Under the pieces are notes generated by a model. That model saw only the letters and a list, made by a program, of their open reading frames with translations. It was not told where the DNA came from and ran no database searches. DNA of 64,000 nucleotides. It comes from Rickettsiales bacterium (GTDB lineage: Bacteria > Pseudomonadota > Alphaproteobacteria > Rickettsiales > SXRF01). The stretch is from assembly GCA_964231325.1 (NCBI GenBank), contig CAXRIF010000003.1, positions 1,079,313 to 1,143,312 of the forward strand, read 5' to 3'. This document shows positions 19,327-31,100 of the stretch, in pieces (the stretch's first letter is position 1; every line of letters starts with the position of its first letter). The position numbers were made by a program, and so were the translations under genes.

Positions 19327-20910
19327 ATGCTTAAAAAACTTACTTTATCTCTCTTTAAAATTCCGGAATATACTGCGCTCTTATTTGCGCTTCTCTCCGT
19401 TGCAGCTTTTCTTTTCGTCATTCTGATGAACCTCCATTATCCGTTTGGATTTGGGGTTGTGCAATGGCATATTATGGAATCTATTCAGCGCGCCTATAGC
19501 GGTTTACCTATCTATGTCGAGCCTTCGCTTGATTATATTCCTGACCTCTACACCCCATTTTATTATTATGTCGTGGCGTTGCTATCGCACATAATTGGCC
19601 TTGATTTGTTCACAGGGAAATTAGTGACATTGTCTGCCGTTCTAGGAACAGGCACGGTGATTTTTCTGTGGCTTCGTAAAGAACAGACTCCCCTTATACC
19701 TTCACTTCTGGGAGCCTCGGTGTTTTTTGCAATGTATGGCTTGTACGATCTGCGTAATTATCAAGTACGCGTAGATGGACTATTTTGTTTCCTGCTAATC
19801 ACCGGTTTTTACGTCTTATATTGCTACCGAACACAGCTCACTGCTGTTATTGCAGGCACACTGCTCTGCTTAGCGGTGTATACAAAGCAATCTGCCATTA
19901 TCGCCATTATTCCTGTGCTTGCTGTATACTGGCATTGCGTTCCCACACAGCGCCGCTACTACGTTACCGGTACGTTCTTGCTTCTATGTGGCGTAGGTTT
20001 CTTTGCGCTCAACATCGCTTCTGACTGGTGGTTCTGGTATTACACCGTAGATGTGCCCAGTGACCATGACCTTGTTTCCCGGCAATGGCTGGGGTTTTTC
20101 TCCACCATGGGTAAATTTACCTGGCCAGTCATTGTGCTTAGCGTAATTGGTTTTTTAATTGCGCTGCGCACAAAAGGAGTGGCTAAACAGCTTCCTTATA
20201 TAGCTTTGTTTCTAGGTTTATGGGGGTGCTCCTACTCCATGCGTCTGCATGTTGGCGGAGAACGAAACACGCTTATGCCTGCCTGCATAGCGCTATCCTT
20301 ATTCGCCCCTATGGTGTTTTGCTATTTTGACTCAAAGCACGAGTCGCTCAAGAAAGCCGCAATCTATGCTTCGTTAATGCTGCTCTTCGCATTGCAATTT
20401 TTCATGTATGGCTACAACCCACACCGATTTATCCCTCAAGAACACAATATTATAGCTGCTCAGCGGTATTTGGATTATCTTGGCAACATCGAGGGGGATA
20501 TTCTGGTCGAAGGTGGTGGTTTCTACCCCACCCGCAAAAACCAAAGAACCTACAGTATCAACACTTCGCTATGGGATATCATGCGTGCCCATAACGAACG
20601 TATTAAAGAAAAGCTGGATAGAGAATATCAAGATGCAGTCAGACAACAAAAATTTGCTGCCATTATCACCTTTTATCGGAACCCTGATAGACGCTATATA
20701 CGATATCGCTCTAATTATAACATCAGAGCTCACTATAAGTTTAAGGAGAAAATAGGCGATCATTTGTGGGATAAAGCAAAAATTGGATATAATGTGCTCA
20801 GAGACACCCCCTTGCCCCTATTTAGCAAGCCTCGACCAAGGTTTACCTCTTACAGCCAATCACGCTATGTGTTTATCCCTAAAGATAAGCCCTCAAGCCT
20901 CGATAAATAA
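19327..20910 (+). CDS. polytopic GT-C-fold glycosyltransferase (ArnT/PMT/DUF2029-like)
   Basis: About 11 predicted TM helices, an N-terminal loop IYVEPSLDYIPDLYTPFYYY and a soluble C-terminal domain. Start moved to ATG 19327 (MLKKLTLSLF) to avoid overlap with the divergent gene. Confidence 0.6.
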   Translation: MLKKLTLSLFKIPEYTALLFALLSVAAFLFVILMNLHYPFGFGVVQWHIMESIQRAYSGLPIYVEPSLDYIPDLYTPFYYYVVALLSHIIGLDLFTGKLVTLSAVLGTGTVIFLWLRKEQTPLIPSLLGASVFFAMYGLYDLRNYQVRVDGLFCFLLITGFYVLYCYRTQLTAVIAGTLLCLAVYTKQSAIIAIIPVLAVYWHCVPTQRRYYVTGTFLLLCGVGFFALNIASDWWFWYYTVDVPSDHDLVSRQWLGFFSTMGKFTWPVIVLSVIGFLIALRTKGVAKQLPYIALFLGLWGCSYSMRLHVGGERNTLMPACIALSLFAPMVFCYFDSKHESLKKAAIYASLMLLFALQFFMYGYNPHRFIPQEHNIIAAQRYLDYLGNIEGDILVEGGGFYPTRKNQRTYSINTSLWDIMRAHNERIKEKLDREYQDAVRQQKFAAIITFYRNPDRRYIRYRSNYNIRAHYKFKEKIGDHLWDKAKIGYNVLRDTPLPLFSKPRPRFTSYSQSRYVFIPKDKPSSLDK

Positions 20911-20964
20911 CTTGATTTCCAAGCATTCTTGAGTACAAATAGCAGCCTATTTTGAACAAAGTCG

Positions 20965-20993
20965 AGGGCTTGCAGTGGAAGCCCTTGTTTTTT
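20965..20993 (+). terminator. Rho-independent terminator after the GT-C gene
   Basis: AGGGCTT-gcagtgg-AAGCCCT hairpin followed by TTGTTTTTT. Confidence 0.65.
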
Positions 20994-21054
20994 CTGTATA
21001 TAGACACAACCTAGAGGCGCGCCACTGACGTTTCGCAACCCAAGAGAACCGACC

Positions 21055-22800
21055 ATGTCGGATGAAGTTAGGAAAAATAGCAATATGGCTCAGACCGCAG
21101 CAGCAGTAGAGAATATCGAAGTAGAAGATTTCGGTGCATTATTTGAAGAATCACTCAAACGTTCCAGCAAGACAGAAGGCTCTGTTATTAAAGGGCTCGT
21201 TGTCGCTGTCGAAAAAGATATCGTCATCGTTGACGTTGGCCTTAAATCAGAAGGCCGTATCCCACTACGCGAATTCGCAGTCGCTGGTGAAACTCCGGAA
21301 ATCCGTGTTGATGACGAAGTTGAAGTTTATCTAGAAAAAATCGAAAACCGTCATGGCGAAGCTGTGCTTTCACGCGAAAAAGCACTGCGTGAAGAAGCAT
21401 GGGTTAAACTAGAAAAATCTTGCGCAAATAACGAGCGCGTTGAAGGTGTTATTTTTGGCCGCGTTAAAGGTGGCTTCACCGTTGACGTTCAAGGCGCAGT
21501 AGCATTCTTGCCTGGCAGCCAGGTGGATATTCGTCCGATCCGTGACGTTACTCCGCTTATGCATATCAAACAGCCATTCCAGATTCTTAAAATGGATCGC
21601 AAACGCGGAAACATTGTGGTTTCACGTCGCGCCATCCTCGAAGAGTCACGTAGCGAACAACGCGATCAGCTGCTTGAAAAAATTAGCGAAGGCCAAACTG
21701 TTGAAGGTATCGTAAAAAACATCACCGATTATGGTGCGTTTATCGATATGGGCGGTATTGATGGTCTGCTACACGTTACCGACATTTCATGGCGTCGTAT
21801 CAGCCACCCATCTGAAGTGTTGCAACTTGGCCAGACAGTAAACGTAATGATCACTAAATTCGATCAGGCTACTAAGCGTGTATCTCTTGGCATGAAACAG
21901 CTTGAGTCTAACCCATGGCAAGGTGCAGATGAAAAGTACCCTGTTGATACTAAGCTGAAAGGGAAGATCACTAACATCACTGATTATGGTGCGTTTGTTG
22001 AGCTTGAGCCTGGTATTGAAGGACTTGTTCACGTATCAGAAATTTCATGGGTGAAAAAGAATGCACACCCATCCAAGCTGGTGTCTGTTAGCCAGGAAGT
22101 TGATGTAGTCGTACTTGATATTGACGCCTCTAAGCACCGTATCAGCCTTGGTATGAAACAGTGCGAAGAAAACCCATGGGCGCAATATGCTGAGAAAATC
22201 AATGTTGGTGATATGATCGAAGGTGAGATCCGGAACATCACAGACTTCGGCCTGTTTGTAGGCCTTGAAGGCGAGATTGACGGTCTTGTTCACCATTCCG
22301 ACCTGAGCTGGTCTGAAGCCGGTGACGAAGCCATTAAAAACTACAAAAAAGGTGACATCGTGAAAGCCAAAATCCTTGCGGTAGACGTTGAAAAAGAACG
22401 TATCAGCCTTGGTATTAAACAGCTTGAGAATGATCCTTTCGAATCAGAATTCGAAGGCATCAAAAAAGGTTCTACTGTTACTTGTGAAGTTGTGAAGGTT
22501 GAGAATGACGGTATTACCGTAAAAGTAACCGACAACATCACCAGTTTTGTGAAAAAATCTGACCTTGCACGTGAACGTCAGGAGCAACGCGCTGATCGCT
22601 TTGCTGTTGGAGACCGTGTAGATGTGAAAATCACTGGCGCAGATAAGGATAGCCGCAGGATTGCTGCTTCCATTAAGGCGCTTGAAGTTGATGAACACAA
22701 GAAGGCCATTTCTGACTACGGTTCTGAAAGCAGTGGTGCATCTCTGGGTGATATCCTTGGCGCTGCGCTTGATGAAGCGAAGACAGAGAAGAAGAAGTAA
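21055..22800 (+). CDS. rpsA: 30S ribosomal protein S1
   Basis: 581 aa with six S1 repeats (e.g. GIVKNITDYGAFIDMGGIDGLLHVTDISW). The start could instead be ATG 21085. Confidence 0.96.
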   Translation: MSDEVRKNSNMAQTAAAVENIEVEDFGALFEESLKRSSKTEGSVIKGLVVAVEKDIVIVDVGLKSEGRIPLREFAVAGETPEIRVDDEVEVYLEKIENRHGEAVLSREKALREEAWVKLEKSCANNERVEGVIFGRVKGGFTVDVQGAVAFLPGSQVDIRPIRDVTPLMHIKQPFQILKMDRKRGNIVVSRRAILEESRSEQRDQLLEKISEGQTVEGIVKNITDYGAFIDMGGIDGLLHVTDISWRRISHPSEVLQLGQTVNVMITKFDQATKRVSLGMKQLESNPWQGADEKYPVDTKLKGKITNITDYGAFVELEPGIEGLVHVSEISWVKKNAHPSKLVSVSQEVDVVVLDIDASKHRISLGMKQCEENPWAQYAEKINVGDMIEGEIRNITDFGLFVGLEGEIDGLVHHSDLSWSEAGDEAIKNYKKGDIVKAKILAVDVEKERISLGIKQLENDPFESEFEGIKKGSTVTCEVVKVENDGITVKVTDNITSFVKKSDLARERQEQRADRFAVGDRVDVKITGADKDSRRIAASIKALEVDEHKKAISDYGSESSGASLGDILGAALDEAKTEKKK

Positions 22801-22803
22801 CCA

Positions 22804-23721
22804 ATGGCAATTAACGCGGATACGCTGCTCGATCGTCTGTATTTAAAAAGTCAGATCACCAGGTGGCGTATCCTCGCGTTTGTCTGTGCTGTTATAGCCG
22901 TTGTGGCCGTTTTCGAACGTTTTTCAGCGGCTTCCCCTATTCAACGTGAATTCATAGCTCGCATCACATTTGATGGATTTATCGGTGATGATCGCGATAT
23001 TTACGAGCTGATAGATGATGTGGCGCAGAACCCAAAGGCCAAAGCCATTATCGTATGGCTGGATACGCCTGGCGGTAGCGCGGTAGGTGGTGAAGAAATT
23101 TTCTTGCGCTTGCGAGCAGCCGCTAAAGACAAGCCAGTAGTAGCCGTAATGCGCTCTATAAGCGCATCCGCCGGCTATATGATTGCTCTGGCCGCCGATC
23201 ATATTGTTGCCCGAGAAGGCACTATTACGGGGTCTATTGGAGTTATCATTGAATCCGCTGAAATCACAGAACTTGCCAAAAATCTTGGTATTCAGCCTAT
23301 CGTTATTAAATCTTCTGCCCTTAAGGCCTCTCCGAACCCACTAGAAAAAAGCACCCCAGAAGCAGAAAGCGTGCTACGCGGAGTAATTATGGACTTCCAT
23401 AAGCGTTTTGTGGAGATGGTGACCGAGCGCAGGCCTATTAGCCGCCAAGAAGCCCTGCAGCTCGCTGATGGGCGGGTTTATAGCGGTCGAAATGCAGTCA
23501 AACATAAGCTAATTGACAGTATTGGCGGAGAAGAAGAGGCAGTTCAATGGCTTATCAAAAATGGCAAAATTAATTCTTCGCTAAAAATTAAGGATATAAG
23601 CCTTGACGAGAAAAAAGACTGGCTAGAGGCCATTTCCCAGTCAGTCGCAGGAAAATTTTTCCAAAAGAGCAGGTTAGGACTTGACGGACTGGTTGCCATA
23701 TGGCATCCTGAACTCAAGTAA
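22804..23721 (+). CDS. sppA: signal peptide peptidase SppA, 36K type
   Basis: LDTPGGSAVGGE, SASAGYMIALAADHIVA and GSIGV. Confidence 0.9.
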   Translation: MAINADTLLDRLYLKSQITRWRILAFVCAVIAVVAVFERFSAASPIQREFIARITFDGFIGDDRDIYELIDDVAQNPKAKAIIVWLDTPGGSAVGGEEIFLRLRAAAKDKPVVAVMRSISASAGYMIALAADHIVAREGTITGSIGVIIESAEITELAKNLGIQPIVIKSSALKASPNPLEKSTPEAESVLRGVIMDFHKRFVEMVTERRPISRQEALQLADGRVYSGRNAVKHKLIDSIGGEEEAVQWLIKNGKINSSLKIKDISLDEKKDWLEAISQSVAGKFFQKSRLGLDGLVAIWHPELK

Positions 23722-23743
23722 CCCTCTAATTTATGGAAAGAAT

Positions 23744-24040
23744 ATGACCAAATCAGAGCTTGTTCTTCGTTTATCCAAAAAATACCCTCACCTTTACCAG
23801 CGCGATATTGAGACACTGGTAAATACGATTTTCGATGATATTGCGGGAACATTAGTTGAGGGCGGTCGAGTTGAGCTGCGTGGGTTTGGGGCATTTTCCA
23901 TCCGCAAACGTGAAGCGCGCAAAGCACGCAACCCTAAGAATGGTCAAGAAGTGTTTATTGGTGAACGCTACGCGATTTATTTCCGCACCGGTAAAGAGCT
24001 TCGCGAGCGTATCAATAAAGCGCCTGTGATGACGCAATAG
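23744..24040 (+). CDS. ihfB: integration host factor subunit beta
   Basis: MTKSELV...VELRGFGAFSIRKREARKARNPKNG...TGKELRERIN closely parallels E. coli IhfB. Start moved to ATG 23744. Confidence 0.92.
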   Translation: MTKSELVLRLSKKYPHLYQRDIETLVNTIFDDIAGTLVEGGRVELRGFGAFSIRKREARKARNPKNGQEVFIGERYAIYFRTGKELRERINKAPVMTQ

Positions 24041-24056
24041 CGGTCATTACCTTTTC

Positions 24057-24365
24057 GTGTTACGTGCTATCAAACTTTTTCTAATCTCCGCCATTGCTCT
24101 GGCATTTATGGTCTTTGCTGCCGTAAACCGTCAGTTGGTTGAAATAAGCCTTTTTCCTTTCCCTTATTCTGCTGAAGCCCCCCTATTCTTACTCGTTATT
24201 TTCTGTTTTCTGGCTGGTACTATCATTGCCTCCGTTGTGTTTATTGCGCGTGCCTCGCGTATCCGTCACCTTTATAACGTTGAGCGCAAAAAGGTTATGG
24301 CGCTTGAGAACGAACTCGAAGGGACTAAGGCGCAGCCTGATGCCACAGGCATCGCACATTACTAG
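24057..24365 (+). CDS. lapA: LapA-family (DUF1049) inner-membrane protein
   Basis: 102 aa with two TM helices followed by a coiled coil (KKVMALENELEG). Conserved position after ihfB. GTG start. Confidence 0.7.
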   Translation: MLRAIKLFLISAIALAFMVFAAVNRQLVEISLFPFPYSAEAPLFLLVIFCFLAGTIIASVVFIARASRIRHLYNVERKKVMALENELEGTKAQPDATGIAHY

Positions 24366-24367
24366 TT

Positions 24368-25015
24368 ATGCAAACCGCTATTAAAATATGCGGCCTTACT
24401 GATACAGATGCCATCAATGCACTTATCGAGACAAAGGCAAATTATGCCGGATTTGTACACTACCCTTCTTCTCCGCGGCACGTGTCGCTAGAACAGGCAA
24501 AACGCCTATCATCACTGCTGCCAGATACTATTCACTCAGTAGCGGTATTAGTGGATCCTAATGATGATTTATTGCTTAGCATCTCCTCACAGCTAAGCCC
24601 AAATTATATACAGCTGCATGGCTCGGAATCTCCAGAGCGAATGTATGTTATTAGAGAACTCGTGCCACAATGCGGCCTAATAAAAGCCCTCCCCATCTCC
24701 GGTGCTGATGATGTGGCAATGGCAGCGAAGTACACCGACATAGCCGACATGCTCTTGTTTGATGCGAAGCCTCCCAGCGCCTCTGGCATGTTGCCAGGAG
24801 GCAATGCGCTTTCCTTCGATTGGGCGATACTCACACATCGTGAATTTTCTCGCCCGTGGTTCTTGTCCGGTGGCTTAAATGCGTCAAATGTAGAAGAAGC
24901 ACTTGCGGTGAGTGGTGCCCCAATGGTGGATGTTTCTTCTGGTGTTGAGAGCAACCCTGGGGTAAAAGACCCCATGCTTATCCAAGAATTTGTAACCGCC
25001 GCACGCAAATCATGA
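24368..25015 (+). CDS. trpF: phosphoribosylanthranilate isomerase
   Basis: IKICGLT..., QLHG and LSGGLN. First gene of the trpF-trpB-trpA run. Confidence 0.9.
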   Translation: MQTAIKICGLTDTDAINALIETKANYAGFVHYPSSPRHVSLEQAKRLSSLLPDTIHSVAVLVDPNDDLLLSISSQLSPNYIQLHGSESPERMYVIRELVPQCGLIKALPISGADDVAMAAKYTDIADMLLFDAKPPSASGMLPGGNALSFDWAILTHREFSRPWFLSGGLNASNVEEALAVSGAPMVDVSSGVESNPGVKDPMLIQEFVTAARKS

Positions 25016-26208
25016 CCGCTTCTCTCCCTGATGATAATGGCCATTTCGGCATATATGGCGGGCGCTATGTTGCAGAGACATTGATGCCCCTCATTTTGGA
25101 AGTTGAGCAAGCCTATAAGGCTGCAAAAAACGACCCTGATTTTCAAAAAGAACTCGATTATTATTTCACCAACTATATTGGTCGCCCTAGCCCACTATAT
25201 CATGCAGCACGTCTCAGCGAGCATTGCGGTGGTGCAAAGATTTATTTCAAACGTGATGAGCTGAACCATACCGGCGCACATAAAATCAATAACTGTATTG
25301 GGCAGGCACTGCTTGCCAAACGACTGGGCAAACAACGTATTATCGCGGAAACAGGTGCTGGGCAGCATGGTGTTGCTTCCGCGACGGTGTGTGCATTGTT
25401 CGGTTTGAAATGTGTCGTTTATATGGGGGCAAAAGATATTGAACGCCAAGCCCCCAATGTATTCCGCATGAAGCTTTTAGGTGCGGAAGTGATTCCTGTT
25501 GAGTCTGGCTCAAAAACACTAAAAGACGCGATGAATGAAGCTCTACGCGATTGGGTGACGAATGTACACGATACGTTTTATCTCATTGGCACTGCTGCAG
25601 GCCCACATCCTTATCCTGAATTGGTGCGTGATTTTCAATCTGTCATTGGCCAAGAACTGCGCGAACAAATGCAGTCTGTCGAGGGGCGCTTACCTGACAC
25701 GCTCGTTGCCTGTATTGGCGGCGGATCAAATGCGATTGGCCTGTTTTACCCCTTCATTGAAGACAAAAATGTTAATATCATCGGTGTTGAAGCTGCAGGT
25801 AAAGGGCTAGAATCCGGCGCACATGCAGCCTCTATCAGCAAAGGAAAACCCGGCGTCCTTCATGGAAGCCGTACGTATTTATTGCAAGATGACGACGGAC
25901 AGATTGAGGATGCTCACTCTATTTCCGCAGGGCTGGATTATCCGGGCATTGGCCCTGAACATTCGTGGCTACATGAATCAGGGCGAGTTAATTATGTATC
26001 TGCCACAGATGATGAGGCGCTCGAAGCATTCCAGCTAGTATCAAAACTGGAGGGGATTATCCCCGCACTGGAACCTGCGCACGCGCTGGGGCATGTAATC
26101 AAACTGGCCCCTACTCTTCCTAAAGATCACTTGCTGGTAGTCAATCTATGCGGGCGCGGTGATAAGGATATTTTCACGGTGGCAAATGCACTTGGAATAA
26201 AGCTATGA
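25012..26208 (+). CDS. trpB: tryptophan synthase beta chain
   Basis: [26 protein letters not shown] and GGGSNAIG. Confidence 0.97.
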   Translation: MTASLPDDNGHFGIYGGRYVAETLMPLILEVEQAYKAAKNDPDFQKELDYYFTNYIGRPSPLYHAARLSEHCGGAKIYFKRDELNHTGAHKINNCIGQALLAKRLGKQRIIAETGAGQHGVASATVCALFGLKCVVYMGAKDIERQAPNVFRMKLLGAEVIPVESGSKTLKDAMNEALRDWVTNVHDTFYLIGTAAGPHPYPELVRDFQSVIGQELREQMQSVEGRLPDTLVACIGGGSNAIGLFYPFIEDKNVNIIGVEAAGKGLESGAHAASISKGKPGVLHGSRTYLLQDDDGQIEDAHSISAGLDYPGIGPEHSWLHESGRVNYVSATDDEALEAFQLVSKLEGIIPALEPAHALGHVIKLAPTLPKDHLLVVNLCGRGDKDIFTVANALGIKL

Positions 26209-27002
26209 GCGACCGCATTACAAAAACATTTGAGCAGGTAAAAAAGGCAAACCGTGCAGCCCTCATTCCCTTCATTATGGGCTATGATCCGGATGCTAAG
26301 ACTTCTGGAGAACTATTAGAAGCACTGGCAGATAATGGAGCGGATCTGATTGAAATCGGCCTTCCTTTTTCTGACCCGATGGCGGATGGCCCTACCATTC
26401 AAGCCGCAGGGCTACGCGCACTAAACGCAGGCGCGAGTGTAAAAAATATTTTGGAACTGGTACAAAATTTCCGCAAAAAAAATAGCGACACCCCTATTGT
26501 GCTGATGGGATATTTCAATCCAATCTATCGCTATGGGAATGAACAATTTTGCAAAGATGCAAAAGCCGCAGGCGTGGATGGGTTGATCCTTGTTGACCTG
26601 CCCCCAGAAGAAGAGGAAGAACTTACTCCTTTTCTAAAAGATGCGGGCATACATTTTATTCGTCTCATAGCACCAACAAGTGATGGAGACAGATTGAAGC
26701 GTCTTTGTGACTCAGCAAGCGGCTTCATTTATTATGTGGCTGTCGCAGGTATTACTGGTGCCAAATCTGCCGATGTGAGCGACCTACAGAAGCAAGTTAG
26801 CCGCTTGAGAAACCATACATCTCTTCCTATAGCAGTCGGTTTTGGCATCAAAACCCCAGAACAAGCGAAGGAAGTTAGTGCTTTTGCGGATGCTGTGGTG
26901 GTAGGGTCTGCGCTGGTAGATAATATTCATAAGGCAGAAGCAAATGCCGCTGATGCCACTGCAAAGTTCATGTCTGGACTTACAAAAAATCTGACGCGTT
27001 AA
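26205..27002 (+). CDS. trpA: tryptophan synthase alpha chain
   Basis: [27 protein letters not shown] and GFGI. Confidence 0.95.
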   Translation: MSDRITKTFEQVKKANRAALIPFIMGYDPDAKTSGELLEALADNGADLIEIGLPFSDPMADGPTIQAAGLRALNAGASVKNILELVQNFRKKNSDTPIVLMGYFNPIYRYGNEQFCKDAKAAGVDGLILVDLPPEEEEELTPFLKDAGIHFIRLIAPTSDGDRLKRLCDSASGFIYYVAVAGITGAKSADVSDLQKQVSRLRNHTSLPIAVGFGIKTPEQAKEVSAFADAVVVGSALVDNIHKAEANAADATAKFMSGLTKNLTR

Positions 27003-27813
27003 GCTTATCTGATTGTTGCATTTGGCTGCGCGCTTCTGCCAGGCTTTGAGGAAAGTGACGCTTGTCATACATTGGCAAATTAGCATCACCATACATCTGC
27101 TCTCCGGGATCGATTTGATTTTTAATCCCGTCACACATAGCCATGAGGATGATCGCTATGGCTTTGTCCGGATCGGCATCTGCACACGGCACACGATGTT
27201 CAATCCGCTTGTTATCATGATCTGCATCTGGCAAACGCACTGCTACCGTGCGATTATTCGCCCCCCAGCTTATGGTCAGCGGCGTATTATCGTCAGATAC
27301 AAATCGTTTATATGAGTCTTCATTTGGGGCAAAAACAGGCATAGATATTGGAAGCCATGCGAGCAATCCCCCGATGCTATGTTTTAATGGGTCACTAATA
27401 CGCGCATCATTTTTAAAAAAAACATTGGCACCGCTCGCATCACTCAAGTGCAAATGAATATGTAATCCGCTTCCCGGTTGATCAGCATAAGGCTTCGCAG
27501 AAAAATTCGCTTGCAATTGATGGTCACGCGCAAGCCCGGCAATGATGTCCTTGACTTTGTTTATCTGCTCAACACAAGCAACAGCATCGGCGGGGTACAG
27601 GGCAACTTCATATTGCCCGTTACCACGCTCTTTTTCCGTTTTAAAAGTTTTGACGGAAGCCCGTGTACAGCGCTCGGAAAACTCATTCCAAAAATTATCA
27701 GCAACATCTTCGGATAAATAGAACTCTAGCTCCGCAGCCACTACAGGCTGCAAGCCATATTCAGAAATCAGATGCTCTGAGGCTTTAGCAGCTAGGCTGC
27801 CGAATCGATCCAC
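26980..27813 (-). CDS. glutamine synthetase catalytic-domain protein lacking the N-terminal beta-grasp domain
   Basis: 277 aa. [40 protein letters not shown] and [13 protein letters not shown] are GS C-domain motifs. Only about 27 aa precede ELEF, and the start lies inside the trxA 3' end. Confidence 0.75.
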   Translation of the reverse strand: MDRFGSLAAKASEHLISEYGLQPVVAAELEFYLSEDVADNFWNEFSERCTRASVKTFKTEKERGNGQYEVALYPADAVACVEQINKVKDIIAGLARDHQLQANFSAKPYADQPGSGLHIHLHLSDASGANVFFKNDARISDPLKHSIGGLLAWLPISMPVFAPNEDSYKRFVSDDNTPLTISWGANNRTVAVRLPDADHDNKRIEHRVPCADADPDKAIAIILMAMCDGIKNQIDPGEQMYGDANLPMYDKRHFPQSLAEARSQMQQSDKLNASDFL

Positions 27814-28109
27814 TCAACCAGCTTACTTTTAGGGAGTGAGCCCACCTTAGTAGAAACTGCCTTGCCGTCCTTAAACAGGATCATGGTAGGAATTCCACGC
27901 ACACCATATTTTTGCGGGGTGCCAGGGTTCTTATCAATATTCACCTTGGCAACAGTCAACTTACCTTCGCGCTCTTTTGCGATCTCATCAAGGACTGGAG
28001 CAATCTGACGGCAAGGCCCACACCATTCCGCCCAAAAGTCCACCAATACTGTGCCTTGTGCTTCAAGTACTTCTTTGTCAAAATCTGCGTCATCAACGTT
28101 CTTAGTCAT
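27792..28109 (-). CDS. trxA: thioredoxin
   Basis: 105 aa. [12 protein letters not shown] and GIRGIPT. Confidence 0.96.
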   Translation of the reverse strand: MTKNVDDADFDKEVLEAQGTVLVDFWAEWCGPCRQIAPVLDEIAKEREGKLTVAKVNIDKNPGTPQKYGVRGIPTMILFKDGKAVSTKVGSLPKSKLVEWIDSAA

Positions 28110-28143
28110 AATGCCTCTTGTGGGTTAAATGTTAAATTACCCT

Positions 28144-31100
28144 CTAAATGTAGGAACTAAGCGCGCTTTCGTCAAGTAATGCGTCATCTATGGACATAAA
28201 TTGGCAGTTCGCCGTCCATAATAATGCACATTTAATGTCTTTTTGCGGGTAAATCTGCTCAAGCAATAGCTTGTATAGTAAAAGCTGACGTAGATAGACC
28301 ATAGAGATGTCTTCGGCTCGTTGAACGGGCTTGATATTACTTTTATAATCTACAATCCACACGGTATCATCCGAAATGGATAGGCGGTCAATTTGCCCCG
28401 CTACCGATATAACTCTACCATCAATCGTTACATTTCCTGCAACCGGCACTTCCGCCAAAGAGCCTTTAGAAAATAAAAAAGCGTGTTTTGGGTCTTGTAA
28501 TACACGAATAACTTCCGCGATCGATTCTAGCCGTATTTCTTCTGGCATTTCACTAAACCCACCGGCAAGGTTTTGGGCTACTTCTTCATATTTCTCTGCC
28601 TGAACAGATGGGAGATATTGTAACAAGCGGTGAATAAGCACCCCTCGCTGATATAATGCCCCGCCAGAAGAAGGAGACGCTGCCGCAGGCTCATCGCCAG
28701 CAAGCTTTGATGGTGATAGAGGGCGAGAAGGTGTTGGCTCGACTGGTGGGGGCTGATCCAAAAAAGAAAAATCATAAATGGCCGCATTCTTCACCTCTTC
28801 CTGGTTTTCCACTGCGCTAGCTGCATCACTCTGCGGAGGTGTACCCATGCGCAACCCTATTCCATGTTCAGCTTCATATGTATCGGCGTTGTTCTGTAAT
28901 CCTGTATGCGCCATGTGATACCAGCTTTGCTCATTAATGGTCTTTTTTGACGTTGCCCCGCAGATATACAATCTATCTTCCGCACGTGTGAGTGCTACAT
29001 AAAATAGCCTGCGATGCTCGGCTAGCATCAGCTCTTTTTGTTGAGCACGAATATTAGCAGAAAGCTCGTCTTCAAACGCTGAAGCTTGCGGAAACAGTGG
29101 AATAGATATGGTTTTATCATCATACCACAATAAACGATCAGCCTGTCTGGGAACGTCAACTGTATCCGGAAGAATCACTACAGGTGCTTGCAGCCCCTTT
29201 GCACCATGCACTGTCATGATACGCACAGCATTATTGCTTTGCTCCATATCGCGCTTAATTTCATTATCGCTGGTTTCTAACCAGTGTATAAACCCTTGCA
29301 TACTAGCACTATGTGAACGCTCATAGAGCAAAGCCTGATTTAGAAATTCATCAATAGGGTCAGCACACTCCTGCCCCATTCTGCCTATAAACTTTCGTCG
29401 TGCACCACAACTATCCAACACATAACTGTATAGCTCAAATGGCGAAACATAATCCACCTTTGCCCGCAGATCAGAAAGCAGATTATAAGCGTCACTGTAA
29501 TTTTCATCTGTTTGCGCTAGTTGGCGTAGCCGAGCCCAAAGAGTGTGCTCCTCTCTGTTCCACGCTAATTCAAATAACTCCTCTTCAGATAAATTGAAAA
29601 TAGGACTTTTCAGTAATGACGCTAATGTCAAATCATCGGTAGGGAGCAATAAGGCCTTGCCTAATGCCATTAAATCCTGAATAGCCAGATCATCACTTAG
29701 CCTCATACGATCTATACCTGATACGGGTATATTTTGACGTTTTAATGCTCGGGTTAGAGCATCAACGATTTTTCCACGCTTGCGTACAAGGACCATAATA
29801 TCCCCCGGCCGTAGCTTCCTATCTTTAGCCTCGAGCATAATGCCATCTTTTAACCAGCCCCTGATTTGTTCAGCTATATGGCGCACAAGTAATGTGGTTG
29901 GCGCGTAACTACTCTGCTCCTCTGGGCGTAGCAGAGGCCACAGCTCCACTAACCCAGGCTGATCAATTCTTATAGGGCTATGCTTTAGGTCTTCATGAGA
30001 AGACGTTAGCCCTTTTCGTGTATCCTCATGCGAAAAAATCAAATCTACTGCACGCAACACTTCCGGGGTAGAGCGATATGAATGCGTTAGTGCCACTTCT
30101 TGTACGTTAATAGCCGCATCATGAATACGCTTAGAGAAGTGCTTTTGCATCTTACTTAGCGCATCGACATCCGCCCCCTGAAAGCTATATATCGACTGCT
30201 TCTCATCTCCCACCACAAATAGCGAGCGATTTGTTTGCTTTCTGCCCTCTCCCGAGAAAAACTCCTGAGCAAGTGTATCAATAATTTTCCATTGCTCGGG
30301 GCTAGTATCTTGTGCTTCGTCGACCAGTATATGATCTATCCCGCCATCTAATTTATATAATATCCACGGAGAAACATTTTCACGGCCAAGCAATTCACTC
30401 GCCGTTACAATCAAATCATCATAATCCATGGCTGAACGACCGCGTTTCAAGCCATCATACAAAGCAAGAAATTGTTGTATAATACGTAAGCCATAGCGTG
30501 TATGCGTTGCAGTGCTCAGTACATTCCTTGCCTTACTATAGGCTAATACACGCTGCTGTTCTGCCAAGAGAGCCTCAATCAGCACCGTATCTGTCAGCGT
30601 TTTTACGGTATATAGCTTTTTTCTTGGCTCACCGCTTGCGGTCAGGAATACGCCTAAGTATTCTTCGATATTTTCTTGATGCTCAAGCCACGTTGCTAGC
30701 CCGTCTCCTGTTTGATGATCTGTTTTTTCACCTTGCAATAATACATCTGCGGTTTGACGCAATGTGGTTAGTGTTTCTACATCATATTTAAAATGCTGCC
30801 GTACCAGATCATTTTCATCAACATTCTGCGCAACACCTAAGGAAGAAAATAATCTTTCTTCAATATACTTTACCCCACCGGGGGTATGGAAGAGAGATAC
30901 AAATTTTCGTTTATGCTGAATAATTTCAGCTAACAAATTATTTAGCCCATATTCGCCCCCTTGCTGGGCTAAGTAGGTAATTGCATTTTGCAGCTCAGGG
31001 TTACGATCATTCGTATCCATCAATAGACGCAGACGAGCTTCACGTAATATTTCCTGCTCTGTTCTTGAATCTATTACCGTGAAGTGAGGGCTTATATGCG

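Noticed and set aside
24604-25146. 180-aa minus-strand ORF across the trpF/trpB junction
   Set aside because: It is antisense to two well-supported trp genes. Ser/Ala/Gly-rich translations of this kind are typical of shadows opposite coding sequence.
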